64,000 nucleotides of DNA, from contig JAZBNV010000046.1 of assembly GCA_036350795.1 (NCBI GenBank), forward strand, positions 3,089-67,088, written 5' to 3'. Source of the DNA: Marinilabiliaceae bacterium. GTDB taxonomy: Bacteria > Bacteroidota > Bacteroidia > Bacteroidales > VadinHA17. The translations under genes were made by a program, and so were the position numbers. The notes below the pieces were generated by a model, which saw only the letters and a program-made list of their open reading frames with translations, made no database searches and was not told where the DNA came from. Of the stretch, positions 38,444-48,493 are shown in pieces. How positions within the stretch are numbered: position 1 is the stretch's first letter; each line of letters begins with the position of its first letter.

Positions 38444-40741
38444 TTATTCTAAGCCCGATTTGTTAAATAAAATGTAGCCGAAATTAATATAATAATACAG
38501 CTTCGTGCTCTCATGGCTGAAATAATTAATTCCTATTCCAACCGGACCAACGGGAGTATGGTAACCCAGCCCGAGTTCAGCAATAAATTCGAACTGGGAA
38601 AACAAGTCCTCTTTTACGGCAACTCCGTCGTTATTTGAGATAGGTCTGAAAGGAGCAAAACAGTACATTCCGCTTCTTACAGATAAATTATCCCTTATAT
38701 AATATATTGGCTTTATCCCCGCCGCAATATAGCTGTTGGAACGCAGGCTTCCACCGAATAATTGCTTGCTGTATTCTGTGGGATAGAACCTGTATGAATT
38801 TATTAATGTAGATGTATAGTTACTTGAAAAACCCTGATTGCTAAGTGTAAAATCAACCAGCGATCCCAGCGTAAACCTTTCACTTAATTTCAGATAGTTT
38901 TCATTTCTAAATTTAAGGCTTAACCACGTATGCCTTAATCCCATGTCCTGTTGAAGCTCTATGGTGTCGTTGCGGCCTTGCTCAAAATATTCAAATCCTG
39001 TATTAAAAAACAAAGCCCCCTCAATTCTATTTCCCGATCGCGGGTAAAGTTTTTCATCCAGCTTATCTCCCTCCAGTTTTAATTTCAGTGTGCCGATAAA
39101 ATATTGTGTATTATCCGGTTCTTTTTCCACATCAAATATGCGGGTCTGGTAATAATCATTGTTAAGCCAGTTAAATGCAATTCCGGCTTTTAAAGTAGTA
39201 TTATTATTTACCGGTTTCCCAACCGTAGTACTGAATGATGTTTCCCGTTTCAATATATACACGGGTGAAAGGGGGTCAAAAAGACTGGTTACGTCGTTGG
39301 TAAAATAATTCCATCGGTTGGTTGTTAAGTCGAGGTCGATTAACAATATATTTTTTCGTGGAACTGCAATCCTGTGTGCAAGTCGCAGCGACGAATAAAA
39401 CCTCCCGAAATAAGTATTGATGCTGAAACGGTTAAAAACATCGCTGAGCGCATAATAATCAAAACCCAGGTAGGCCTGGTTATATCCCGTAAATGATACC
39501 AGTCCTCCCGCCTTAAGATTATATGAGCCTTTAAGTTTAATATTAAGTATCAGATCAAAGGTCTTATCTGTTTCATTATAAACAGCTTCCGGGTAAGCAT
39601 TTATTATGTTCTCTTCTGAGATAAGCCTGAAATATTCTGTTTTAAGCTGATCGAGTGTAATCAGCTCTTCTTCCTTGGCAATAAGGTTCCTGATATATTC
39701 TTCCTGCTGCCCGTCGACTCCATTAATTAAAATATTCCTGAATTTCAGTTCAGGTAACTTCTCCCTGAAAATGCTTCTTTTTTCTGCCAGCTCACTGTCT
39801 GATATTAACCGGGCCTTTTCCAGTATCAGCGGCATCATTTTCCTGGCATTTTCATATCCCGCAAGGAAGAGGGAGTCGGCCTTTTCAAAATCAAGTAAAT
39901 CAACATCCGTAAATTTTGTGTCTATAACCAGCCCAAGTGTATCGGGTATTGAAAAGTTGGTTTCCTGCATTATCATATTCTCCAGCTGAAGAAAAAGATC
40001 TTCCCTCCCAGGCTTTTTTGATTGTCCTGATACTTTACTGCCTATTAGGAAATCAGTATTAAAATCATCCCTTAAAACTTCAAAAGGAAAATTATTATAA
40101 ATACCTCCGTCAAACAACAACCTCGAATTAATAATTACAGGCTCAAAATATAGGGGATAATTCATTGAAGCCCTGACAACATGGGCAAGGTTGCCTTTTC
40201 TGAATATTACTGCCTCCTTTTTATAAATATCGGCAGCAACACACCTGAATGGAATCATCAGCTTATCAAAATCGCGTTCGCATAATGCATTTGCTCCTCC
40301 TGTTAGTTCCATAAAGGCAAAATCCATTACCTGGGAGGGTATAAGATATGTTCTGAATTGAGCTATGGTCCCGTCGTCTTCCCGTTTTAATGGCAAAGAT
40401 ACAATGGACGCATCACCATCCTGGAGATTGTAGGTAAACCTGTACCTGGTTTCTATTTCGCCCGATTTCCACCTGTTGAATTCTTCCGACTTAAAAAGAT
40501 CCAGCATCTCTTCGCAGGTATAACCCATTGCGTATAAACATCCTACGATTGCCCCAATAGAGGTACCCGATATATAATCAATTTTTACATTATTCTCCTC
40601 AAGGGCTTTAATTACCCCGATATGCGCAATTCCCTTTGCTCCCCCGCCACTCAGAACAAGCCCGGTTCCCTGTGCATATAAAGGCTGCTGTATCGCTATA
40701 AACAACAATGCGAGCAATATATTTAAACCAGTATTTTTCAT
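38444..40741 (-). CDS. Patatin-like phospholipase with POTRA-like linker and C-terminal beta-barrel (PlpD/type Vd-like)
   Basis: Signal peptide, GGGAKG, GTSIG, DGG; aromatic amphipathic strands ending YYINFGYILF. Confidence 0.75.
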   Translation of the reverse strand: MKNTGLNILLALLFIAIQQPLYAQGTGLVLSGGGAKGIAHIGVIKALEENNVKIDYISGTSIGAIVGCLYAMGYTCEEMLDLFKSEEFNRWKSGEIETRYRFTYNLQDGDASIVSLPLKREDDGTIAQFRTYLIPSQVMDFAFMELTGGANALCERDFDKLMIPFRCVAADIYKKEAVIFRKGNLAHVVRASMNYPLYFEPVIINSRLLFDGGIYNNFPFEVLRDDFNTDFLIGSKVSGQSKKPGREDLFLQLENMIMQETNFSIPDTLGLVIDTKFTDVDLLDFEKADSLFLAGYENARKMMPLILEKARLISDSELAEKRSIFREKLPELKFRNILINGVDGQQEEYIRNLIAKEEELITLDQLKTEYFRLISEENIINAYPEAVYNETDKTFDLILNIKLKGSYNLKAGGLVSFTGYNQAYLGFDYYALSDVFNRFSINTYFGRFYSSLRLAHRIAVPRKNILLIDLDLTTNRWNYFTNDVTSLFDPLSPVYILKRETSFSTTVGKPVNNNTTLKAGIAFNWLNNDYYQTRIFDVEKEPDNTQYFIGTLKLKLEGDKLDEKLYPRSGNRIEGALFFNTGFEYFEQGRNDTIELQQDMGLRHTWLSLKFRNENYLKLSERFTLGSLVDFTLSNQGFSSNYTSTLINSYRFYPTEYSKQLFGGSLRSNSYIAAGIKPIYYIRDNLSVRSGMYCFAPFRPISNNDGVAVKEDLFSQFEFIAELGLGYHTPVGPVGIGINYFSHESTKLYYYINFGYILFNKSGLE

Positions 40742-40832
40742 TAATACCCCTATAAATCAACTAATTTTTAAACTTTTAGCTATTTTTGACACCTGGTTGT
40801 CTAAAAAATTAAATTTACAAAACATTAACGTA

Positions 40833-41648
40833 ATGAAACAGCTCTCAGTGTTATTTTCGGTAATATCAGGATTTTTGTTAATGTTGCTTTCATGTTCAAC
40901 AGGAAGTGCCGACAGTGTAAAATATGTAAGTTTTGAAACCTCGAAAGGGACTATAAAATTAATGCTCTACAATGAAACCCCGGTTCATAAAGAAAATATG
41001 ATCAAGCTTGTTAAAGAGGGATTCTACGACGGGGTTAAATTTCACAGGGTTATAAATGAATTTATGATCCAGGCTGGTGATCCTAACACAAAAGAAGGGA
41101 TGACAGAAGAAGCTGCTGAAATATATAACTATACTATTTCGGCCGAAATAATTGATAGCCTTTTCCATAAAAAGGGAGTACTTGCCGCTGCACGAACGGG
41201 AGATAATTTTAACCCTGAAAGAAAATCATCAGGAACACAATTTTATATTGTACAGGGCCGCACATTCAACGATAATGAGCTTGATCAGATAGAGAACAGG
41301 GTTAATACAAATCTTAAACAGGCCATTTATTACAAAAACCTGATTAACGAAAAGAAAAGGGTTGTTGAAGAAGGGGATAAAATGACCGATGCTGAAATAC
41401 AGGAATTTGCTGCAGTTGTGTCTTATGATGAAATAGCAGAGATGCAGGACTTTGTAATTTCTCCTCAACGCAGGGAAATATATAAAACAACGGGAGGCAC
41501 TCCTCATCTCGATATGCAATATACTGTATATGGCGAAGTTGTAGAGGGCATGGAAATTGTTGACGCAATTGCCGGCTCGCAAACTGATCAGGACAATCGC
41601 CCGCTTGAAGACATTATTATTTTAAAAGCCCGTATCACTAAGAGGTAA
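40833..41648 (+). CDS. Cyclophilin-type peptidyl-prolyl isomerase, lipoprotein, with internal insertion
   Basis: Lipobox LLSC; FHRVINEFMIQAGD, SGTQFYIV, PHLD..YTVYGEV; -7 box TATTTTTG at 40781-40788. Confidence 0.9.
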   Translation: MKQLSVLFSVISGFLLMLLSCSTGSADSVKYVSFETSKGTIKLMLYNETPVHKENMIKLVKEGFYDGVKFHRVINEFMIQAGDPNTKEGMTEEAAEIYNYTISAEIIDSLFHKKGVLAAARTGDNFNPERKSSGTQFYIVQGRTFNDNELDQIENRVNTNLKQAIYYKNLINEKKRVVEEGDKMTDAEIQEFAAVVSYDEIAEMQDFVISPQRREIYKTTGGTPHLDMQYTVYGEVVEGMEIVDAIAGSQTDQDNRPLEDIIILKARITKR

Positions 41649-41668
41649 AGAAAGTTATATTTTGTAAG

Positions 41669-42709
41669 ATGATTAACAGGATTAAGCTTCTGGAGAAGGA
41701 AATAGAGAGTGCTACTATTGAAAATATGGATTCGCTGGAGGAATTCAGGCTTAAATATTTAAGTAAAAAAGGATTAATTCCTTCATTGTTTTCTGATTTC
41801 AGAAATATTGCCCCCGAGGATAAAAAAGTAGTTGGCCAGCTGGTTAATAATCTGAAAATAAGTGCAACTACAAAATATAATAATGTAAAAGAACGGCTTG
41901 AATCGACAGATTCGGCAGCTGGCTCTGAAGATCTTACAAAACCCGCGACACCTTTTTTCAGCGGATCAAGACATCCACTTTCTATTGTAAGAAATGAAAT
42001 TATTTCTATTTTTTCGAGGCTTGGCTTTACAATCTCAGAAGGACCAGAAATAGAAGATGATGAGCATGTATTTTCGAAGCTTAATTTTCCGCCCGAGCAT
42101 CCCGCAAGGGATATGCAGGATACTTTTTATATAAAAAGAAATTCTGAGGAAGAAAGCAGCCCGGACGATATTTTGTTGAGAACACACACCTCTTCTGTGC
42201 AGGTAAGGGTAATGGAAAGCCAGGATCCTCCTATAAGGACTATCTCTCCGGGGCGTGTTTTCAGAAACGAAGCAATTTCAGCAAGGGCACACTGTATTTT
42301 TCACCAGGTTGAGGGATTGTATATCGACAAAAATGTTTCGTTTGCCGACCTCAAACAAACATTATTATTTTTTGCACGGGAGATGTTTGGCAAAAAAACC
42401 AGGATAAGGCTCAGGCCTTCTTATTTTCCATTTACAGAACCTTCGGCCGAAATGGATGTAAGCTGTACCATATGTGGTGGAAAGGGCTGTAATGTATGCA
42501 AATACACCGGGTGGCTCGAAATACTTGGTTGTGGAATGGTAGATCCTAATGTGCTTGAAAGTTGCAATATAGACAGTAAAGAATATACGGGTTTTGCTTT
42601 TGGAATGGGTATTGAAAGACTTACCATGTTAAAGTACGAGGTAAACGATCTCAGGCTCTATTTTGAAAACGATGTAAGATTCTTAGAGCAATTTCGGTCT
42701 GCCTTCTAA
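41669..42709 (+). CDS. pheS: Phenylalanine--tRNA ligase alpha subunit
   Basis: HPARDMQDTF, LRTHTS, FHQVEG, FPFTEPSAE, GFAFGMGIER. Confidence 0.97.
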   Translation: MINRIKLLEKEIESATIENMDSLEEFRLKYLSKKGLIPSLFSDFRNIAPEDKKVVGQLVNNLKISATTKYNNVKERLESTDSAAGSEDLTKPATPFFSGSRHPLSIVRNEIISIFSRLGFTISEGPEIEDDEHVFSKLNFPPEHPARDMQDTFYIKRNSEEESSPDDILLRTHTSSVQVRVMESQDPPIRTISPGRVFRNEAISARAHCIFHQVEGLYIDKNVSFADLKQTLLFFAREMFGKKTRIRLRPSYFPFTEPSAEMDVSCTICGGKGCNVCKYTGWLEILGCGMVDPNVLESCNIDSKEYTGFAFGMGIERLTMLKYEVNDLRLYFENDVRFLEQFRSAF

Positions 42710-42714
42710 GCCCT

Positions 42715-42783
42715 GCCTTAGGCCTTATGCCTTGTGTCTTGCGTCTTGTGTCTTATCCTTATGCCTTACGCCTTACGCCTCTA
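42715..42783. repeat. Degenerate heptamer tandem repeat (GYCTTRN, about 10 units)
   Basis: gccttag gccttat gccttgt gtcttgc gtcttgt gtcttat ccttat gccttac gccttac gcctcta. Confidence 0.85.
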
Positions 42784-43189
42784 AAACAACCTCGTGTGTA
42801 ATTTTCATTGATTCTTTGTAGGTGTAGCTTACACCGCAATATTTATTCTGGGACAGTTCTATTGCCATATCAATCTTTTCCCTGGGCAGGTCTTTTCCCT
42901 TGATTATGTATTTAATATGCATATTCTCAAAATGCTTTGGGTGTGTTTCCGTCAGGTTGCCGCTAACCTCAACCTTAATATCTTCGAAAGGCACTCTCAT
43001 TTTCCTGAGCATTGACACAAGGTCCATCCCTGTGCACCCGGCAAGCGAGGCCAGCATAAGGCTTTTAGGTTTTGGTCCCTTGTTTTCTCCTCCAAATTCT
43101 TCTGACGAATCTATCATAAATTTATGGCCATCGAGAGATACTTCAAAAGACATTTTTCCCTTTAACTGAATTACTGTTTTCTCGGTCAT
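42773..43189 (-). CDS. OsmC/YhfA family protein
   Basis: GPKPKSLMLASLAGCTGMD and KYCGV Cys pair. Confidence 0.88.
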   Translation of the reverse strand: MTEKTVIQLKGKMSFEVSLDGHKFMIDSSEEFGGENKGPKPKSLMLASLAGCTGMDLVSMLRKMRVPFEDIKVEVSGNLTETHPKHFENMHIKYIIKGKDLPREKIDMAIELSQNKYCGVSYTYKESMKITHEVVLEA

Positions 43190-43271
43190 TTATATTTTAT
43201 ATGCTTTAATAATTTTTTTTCAAAATTACTCATTATTTCAAAGCTAATAACCATCTTTGTATTTAATTAAC

Positions 43272-43287
43272 TATGACTATTGTCACA
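43272..43287. promoter_or_regulatory. Crp/Fnr-type box TATGA-N6-TCACA
   Basis: One mismatch to TGTGA-N6-TCACA, in the divergent osmC/crp intergenic region. Confidence 0.55.
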
Positions 43288-43334
43288 TAATAAATATCTT
43301 GTTTCCCTGACGCTTTGATCAGAGAAAATCATTT

Positions 43335-44045
43335 ATGAAACAAAAGGAAATATACATACCTTTTTGCGATTCCTGCGCTGTAAGATCAAGCTCTGTCTTC
43401 AAAAATTTATCGAGGGAAGAAATAGAACTGATTAATTACGAAAAGGAATTTCGCCATTTTAACAGGGGAGAGCTACTCTATTCTGAAGGAGCCCGTTTAA
43501 GCGGCTTTTTTTGTATTAATAGTGGCATTATTAAAATATATAAAACAGGCATTGATGGTAAAGAACAAATTATACGCTTCGCTAAAAAAGGAGATATAAT
43601 TGCTTACCGTTCAATTCTGAGTAATGAATCTGCCTGTACCTCGGCAAAAGTTATTGAAGATGCCGCTGTCTGTCATATACCTTCTCATCTGCTTATACAA
43701 TTTGCTAAAGAAAATGCAGCCTTTTCCATGGACGTAATGAAACTTACCTGCCAGGAACTTGGCGAAGCAAACGCCTACATTACAGATATAGCACAGAAAA
43801 CCGTAAGGGAAAGACTTGCTGAAATAATAGTACATCTTATTGATGAATTCGGTCTTGACGAAGAAAATTATCTGAGAATTTCACTTACCCGTGAAGAACT
43901 GGCAAATATTGTTGGAACTGCTACAGAATCAGTTATAAGATTACTTTCAGAATTTAAATCTGATAAAATTATCGAGTTAAGTGGAAGGAAAATAAAAATC
44001 CTTGATAAGAGGGTTCTTGATAAAATCAGTAACGTTTTCAATTAA
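43335..44045 (+). CDS. Crp/Fnr family transcriptional regulator (paralog 1)
   Basis: cNMP-binding-like domain, N-terminal CDSC, HTH LTREELANIVGTATESVIR. Confidence 0.92.
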   Translation: MKQKEIYIPFCDSCAVRSSSVFKNLSREEIELINYEKEFRHFNRGELLYSEGARLSGFFCINSGIIKIYKTGIDGKEQIIRFAKKGDIIAYRSILSNESACTSAKVIEDAAVCHIPSHLLIQFAKENAAFSMDVMKLTCQELGEANAYITDIAQKTVRERLAEIIVHLIDEFGLDEENYLRISLTREELANIVGTATESVIRLLSEFKSDKIIELSGRKIKILDKRVLDKISNVFN

Positions 44046-44049
44046 GCCC

Positions 44050-44071
44050 GTAAATACAATTCTGTATTTAC
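44050..44071. terminator. Hairpin between converging genes (terminator-like)
   Basis: GTAAATACA-ATTC-TGTATTTAC perfect 9-bp stem followed by TCTTT. Confidence 0.5.
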
Positions 44072-44085
44072 TCTTTGCTTAATTC

Positions 44086-44256
44086 TTACTCCAGAATATT
44101 ATTGAGTATAATATAAACCAGCAATCCGCCTACAATAAATGCACCGCTAAGAACAAGAAGAGAATTATTTTCGGCTTTTGAAAATTCAGAATAAGCCAGA
44201 ATAATAACACCTGCTATTACGAAAATATATCCGAATCTCTTTAATAAAGCTTTCAT
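44086..44256 (-). CDS. Small (56 aa) two-TM membrane protein
   Basis: Below the ORF-track cutoff: MKALLKRFGYIFVIAGVIILAYSEFSKAENNSLLVLSGAFIVGGLLVYIILNNILE; fills an otherwise empty gap. Confidence 0.75.
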   Translation of the reverse strand: MKALLKRFGYIFVIAGVIILAYSEFSKAENNSLLVLSGAFIVGGLLVYIILNNILE

Positions 44257-44333
44257 AATCAATAATTTAAGATAGTATTTTATGCTAGTTTAATTGGCCA
44301 CTAAATATAATTAATAGAATAAACTTTGCAAAA

Positions 44334-45356
44334 TTAAAACAATAAACCTGTTTCTCCTAATTTCTGCTTACCCAGGTGAATATATGCATTTTCTGTTACC
44401 TCCCTTCCCCTGGGTGTTCGCTTAATATATCCTTCCTTTATCAGGAAGGGTTCGTACACCTCTTCTATTGTTCCACTATCTTCTCCCACTGCTGTGGCTA
44501 TTGTGGTAAGTCCTACGGGTCCTCCCCTGAATTTATCAATTATAACATTGAGTATTCTATTATCCATCTCATCCAGTCCATGTTTATCAATATTAAGAGC
44601 TGACAATGAGTATCTTGTAATATCTAAATCAATATTTCCATCTCCTTTAACCTGGGCAAAGTCACGTACTCTTCTTAACAAAGCATTGGCTATTCTTGGC
44701 GTACCCCTGCTCCGGGATGCTATTTCTTCCGAAGCATTTTTTTCAATATTTACGTCAAGAATATCTGCCGACCTGTTAATAATTGAGCTGAGAATTTTTG
44801 AATCATAATATTCAAGATGCATTTTTATTCCAAATCTTGCTCTTAATGGACTGGTTAAAAGACCCGAGCGGGTGGTTGCACCAATTAATGTAAAAGGATT
44901 AAGAGTAAGCTGCACTGATCTCGCACTTGGTCCTTTATCAATCATAATATCAATCTGGTAATCTTCCATGGCAGAATAAAGGTACTCTTCAACTACCGGA
45001 CTGAGCCTGTGAATTTCATCAATAAAAAGAACATCTCCTTCCTCAAGACCGGTAAGTAAGCCTGCAATATCCCCGGGTTTATCCAGTACCGGGCCCGATG
45101 TAACTTTTATTCCTACATTCAGTTCATTTGCAATAATTGTTGCCAGGGTTGTTTTGCCGAGACCCGGAGGACCGTGCAGTAATACATGATCAAGTGCTTC
45201 CTCTCTCTGGTTTGCTGCCGTAACAAATACCTTAAGGTTCTCAACTATTCGGCTCTGTCCTTTAAAATCGTCAAAAGACAGGGGGCGGAGTTTTTTTTCA
45301 AATTCCTTGTCGGCGGCCAGAAATTTTTCTCTTTTAATATCGAATTCCTCTATCAT
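44334..45356 (-). CDS. ruvB: Holliday junction branch migration helicase RuvB
   Basis: [33 protein letters not shown]. Confidence 0.97.
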   Translation of the reverse strand: MIEEFDIKREKFLAADKEFEKKLRPLSFDDFKGQSRIVENLKVFVTAANQREEALDHVLLHGPPGLGKTTLATIIANELNVGIKVTSGPVLDKPGDIAGLLTGLEEGDVLFIDEIHRLSPVVEEYLYSAMEDYQIDIMIDKGPSARSVQLTLNPFTLIGATTRSGLLTSPLRARFGIKMHLEYYDSKILSSIINRSADILDVNIEKNASEEIASRSRGTPRIANALLRRVRDFAQVKGDGNIDLDITRYSLSALNIDKHGLDEMDNRILNVIIDKFRGGPVGLTTIATAVGEDSGTIEEVYEPFLIKEGYIKRTPRGREVTENAYIHLGKQKLGETGLLF

Positions 45357-45366
45357 TAAGGAAATA

Positions 45367-46923
45367 TTATTTAATCAGTTTTACATCACTTTCAGGCAAT
45401 CCCACTTTCACTCCGTTAATTCTCTTTTCAACATCGTCCTTGTAAGTTATCGTCATTACAAGCAATCCTTCAATATCATATTTTTTCCATGACCTCTGCC
45501 TTATTCCGGAACGATAATATTGTTCTTCCTTAATTTTTCCATTTTCCCAGTAATACCTGTGATATCCTTCCGGATTTCCCTGCAGGTAATTACCTTTGAA
45601 TGTAAGATTCCCTTCGTTATCAAAATATTTCCAGACACCATCCCTGAGACCAATTATATAATTTCCTTCTTCCCGGTAATCACCTACCGTATATATCCAT
45701 TCGCCGTTTTTTTCATTATCTGTGTACTGTCCCCGGCTAATAATTTCCCCGGTTTTTGAATATTCGATAAATTCTCCATCCCTTCTTCCCTGGTAATAAT
45801 CTTCTTCTCTCAGGATATTTCCATCGTCATAATACCAGTACCATCTCCCGTCGTTTCTTCCGTTCCTGAATGATCCTTTCTGAATAATCTTCCCCGATCT
45901 GCTGTAGTAATTCCATGTCCCGGTTTTCCTGTTATCCTGGTAAGATCCTTCTTCCATTATATTCCCGTCAGGATAAAAATTGATCCACTTTCCTGATTTA
46001 TTGCCCTCTTCATCTATAATTCCTTCTGAAACTACCACCCCCTCGTCATTATAAACCCTTGAAGCTGTTATTTCTCCATCCTTATTATATTCCCTGTGAA
46101 TTCCAACAGGTATTTCCTTTCTGTAAGGGCCACTGTATATTAATCTGCCTTCACTGTCATACCTGTTTTTTATTTCTATATCAGGATCATCTTCAACACT
46201 CTCTTCTACAAGCTGGCCCATATCATAAAGCATTGCCAGAACCATAATTCCACGTTCATTATATTCCTTGTAATAACCATGCAGAAGGTCATTCCTGTAA
46301 TTCATTTCCTTCTTCAATGTTCCGTTATCATGGAATTCTTTCCAATCGCCCTGTTTTAGTCCTTTATTATCTGTTCTGTTTATCCTTTCGCGGCTTACCA
46401 GGAAATCATTATTATATTCATACAGTGTTATAATATTACCCTCACTGTCGTATTCTCTCGAAAGCCCCTGTTTTTTACCATTGCTATAAGGTAGAGTCTG
46501 CTTAACATTTCCACCAGGAAAATATATTATTGCATTTCCTTCTCTTTTATCGCCGGCAAATAGCTCGCGCGAATAAATATATACACCATAATTATTATCG
46601 CGCTTATACTTGTAATAATAACCGCTTTTTTTACCAAAGAGATAATTTATTTTTTCAAGCGTATCTCCGGTTTGAGTATAAAAAACCCATATACTGTCAA
46701 GCATAAAATTTCTTCTTGCTCCTTCTGATTTCAGTACTCCGGTTACATAATAGCTTTTCCAGTATCCGTCTGGTTTGCCATCTCTTATCGTTCCTTCGCT
46801 GGATATTGAACCATTAGGATATTTAAAAACCTGGTACCCGTCTTCCAGGCTCTGCTGTGCAAGTAAAATATTAATCCCCCCACTTATACAGGTCAATAAA
46901 AGCAGTATGGAAAGTTTTTTCAT
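45367..46923 (-). CDS. Secreted MORN-variant repeat protein (YwqK-like)
   Basis: Signal peptide (LLA/QQ) followed by many GxWxYY..G repeats. Confidence 0.8.
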   Translation of the reverse strand: MKKLSILLLLTCISGGINILLAQQSLEDGYQVFKYPNGSISSEGTIRDGKPDGYWKSYYVTGVLKSEGARRNFMLDSIWVFYTQTGDTLEKINYLFGKKSGYYYKYKRDNNYGVYIYSRELFAGDKREGNAIIYFPGGNVKQTLPYSNGKKQGLSREYDSEGNIITLYEYNNDFLVSRERINRTDNKGLKQGDWKEFHDNGTLKKEMNYRNDLLHGYYKEYNERGIMVLAMLYDMGQLVEESVEDDPDIEIKNRYDSEGRLIYSGPYRKEIPVGIHREYNKDGEITASRVYNDEGVVVSEGIIDEEGNKSGKWINFYPDGNIMEEGSYQDNRKTGTWNYYSRSGKIIQKGSFRNGRNDGRWYWYYDDGNILREEDYYQGRRDGEFIEYSKTGEIISRGQYTDNEKNGEWIYTVGDYREEGNYIIGLRDGVWKYFDNEGNLTFKGNYLQGNPEGYHRYYWENGKIKEEQYYRSGIRQRSWKKYDIEGLLVMTITYKDDVEKRINGVKVGLPESDVKLIK

Positions 46924-47919
46924 TTAAATACCAAGTTTATCCGATATCTCAAGCATTCTCCTGATAGGTAATGCTGCTCTTTCCATCAGGGCAGGATCCA
47001 TTATTACTTCAGGAGATTCGTATTTAAGAGTATTATAAATCTTATTCAAAGATATAAGTTTCATAAAATTACACTCACTGCATCCACATGTGGAATCTTT
47101 TGGAGGAGCTGCTATAAATATTTTTTCAGGACATGCCTTCTTCATCTGGTGCAAAATTCCTGCTTCGGTGCCAACAATGTATTTTTTAGCACTGTCTTTT
47201 TTAACATAAGCTAACAGGGCTCCGGTCGATCCTATAAAATCAGCAACCATACGTACAGGCAATTCACATTCGGGGTGAACAATTATTGAAGCATCCTGGT
47301 GTTCTGATTTAATCTTAAGTATTTCTTCAAGTGAAAATTCTTCATGTACATGACATGCTCCCTGCCATATTACCATGTCCCTGTCTACCTTACTCTTAAT
47401 ATAATTACCAAGATTCCTGTCAGGAGCAAATATTATTTTTTCATCTTCAGGCAGTGATTCAACAATCTGGAAAGCATTTGATGAAGTACAAATAATATCA
47501 GTAAGTGCTTTTATCTCTGCTGTTGAATTAACATAGGTAATAACTGTCCTTCCCGGGTTATCATCCAGAAACTTTTTAAATTCATCGGGTGGACATGATT
47601 CAGCAAGGGAACAGCCGGCATTTAAATCAGGAATTAATACTTTTTTCTGTGGGGCAAGTAATTTTGCTGTCTCGGCCATAAAATGCACACCTGCAAAAAG
47701 AATAATATCTGCTTTAGCCCTTGCGGCCTCTCTCGAAAGTGCCAGGCTGTCGCCCACAAAATCAGCAATATCTTGTATATCACCTGTTTGATAATAATGT
47801 GCCAGGATAATAGCATTCTTCTCTTTCCTCATCCGTGATATCCCGGATACAACATCAATTTCAGGATCAATTTGAATATCAAGATAACCTTTGGATAAAT
47901 CTTCCACCTTTTTAACCAT
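46924..47919 (-). CDS. nadA: Quinolinate synthase
   Basis: LAHYYQ, GDSL, GVHFMAETAK, AGCSLA, GACHVH, VHPEC, CNFMK; ATG start 47919 preferred over TTG 47922. Confidence 0.96.
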   Translation of the reverse strand: MVKKVEDLSKGYLDIQIDPEIDVVSGISRMRKEKNAIILAHYYQTGDIQDIADFVGDSLALSREAARAKADIILFAGVHFMAETAKLLAPQKKVLIPDLNAGCSLAESCPPDEFKKFLDDNPGRTVITYVNSTAEIKALTDIICTSSNAFQIVESLPEDEKIIFAPDRNLGNYIKSKVDRDMVIWQGACHVHEEFSLEEILKIKSEHQDASIIVHPECELPVRMVADFIGSTGALLAYVKKDSAKKYIVGTEAGILHQMKKACPEKIFIAAPPKDSTCGCSECNFMKLISLNKIYNTLKYESPEVIMDPALMERAALPIRRMLEISDKLGI

Positions 47920-47922
47920 CAA

Positions 47923-48493
47923 TTATTATTATTAATATTATTTAAAATTATTTATGATGATAATAATATGCTGTTGAAACTGTTTAAAGATTTAATGTAA
48001 AACTATTGTCTATTTTGAAATCAATAATAAAAAAACATCTTTTCAACAGACCAAAAACTATACCGTTTTTGATAATCAGTGCATTGTCACTTTTATTAAC
48101 AATGGTTAAGACTTAATTGTTAAACATAGGGCTGCACCAAAATTAATATTTTTAATGTTTACAGGCAGTTAATTAGTTTGTTTTATCTGATGATAAGTAA
48201 GTATTGTTTAAATCCATATTATTATTAAGAAGATATAAAAGGGATAAGAATATGATTATTTATGAAGAAAGGATTCTCTCTTTTTAAACACTTAATTAAC
48301 AGGATTATTTTTTCTGCAGCCATATACATAACAAAAAGATACAGGAAATAAAAAATTTTCGAAGATTTCAATTAGTAAACAAATGCATGTCTGCAATTGT
48401 TGAGGATTAAAGGGATGTTTAAAAATAGAGTTTGAGATATTAAAATCGCTTAATTATTCTTGGTATATTTAAATCAAATCTAATAAAGGAGTT
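47923..48493. other. Candidate chromosomal replication origin (oriC)
   Basis: Longest, very AT-rich intergenic gap; TTWTNAACA boxes at 48040-48048, 48093-48101, 48282-48290 and 48416-48424(-), plus several 1-mismatch copies; gene orientation flips here. Confidence 0.7.

Noticed and set aside
47923-47934. (TAA)x4 on the - strand as possible DnaA-trios; also (TAA)x3 at 48219-48227
   Set aside because: The first lies directly before the nadA start and is equally explained by an A-rich Bacteroidetes translation-initiation region; neither has a clear box-spacer-trio layout.
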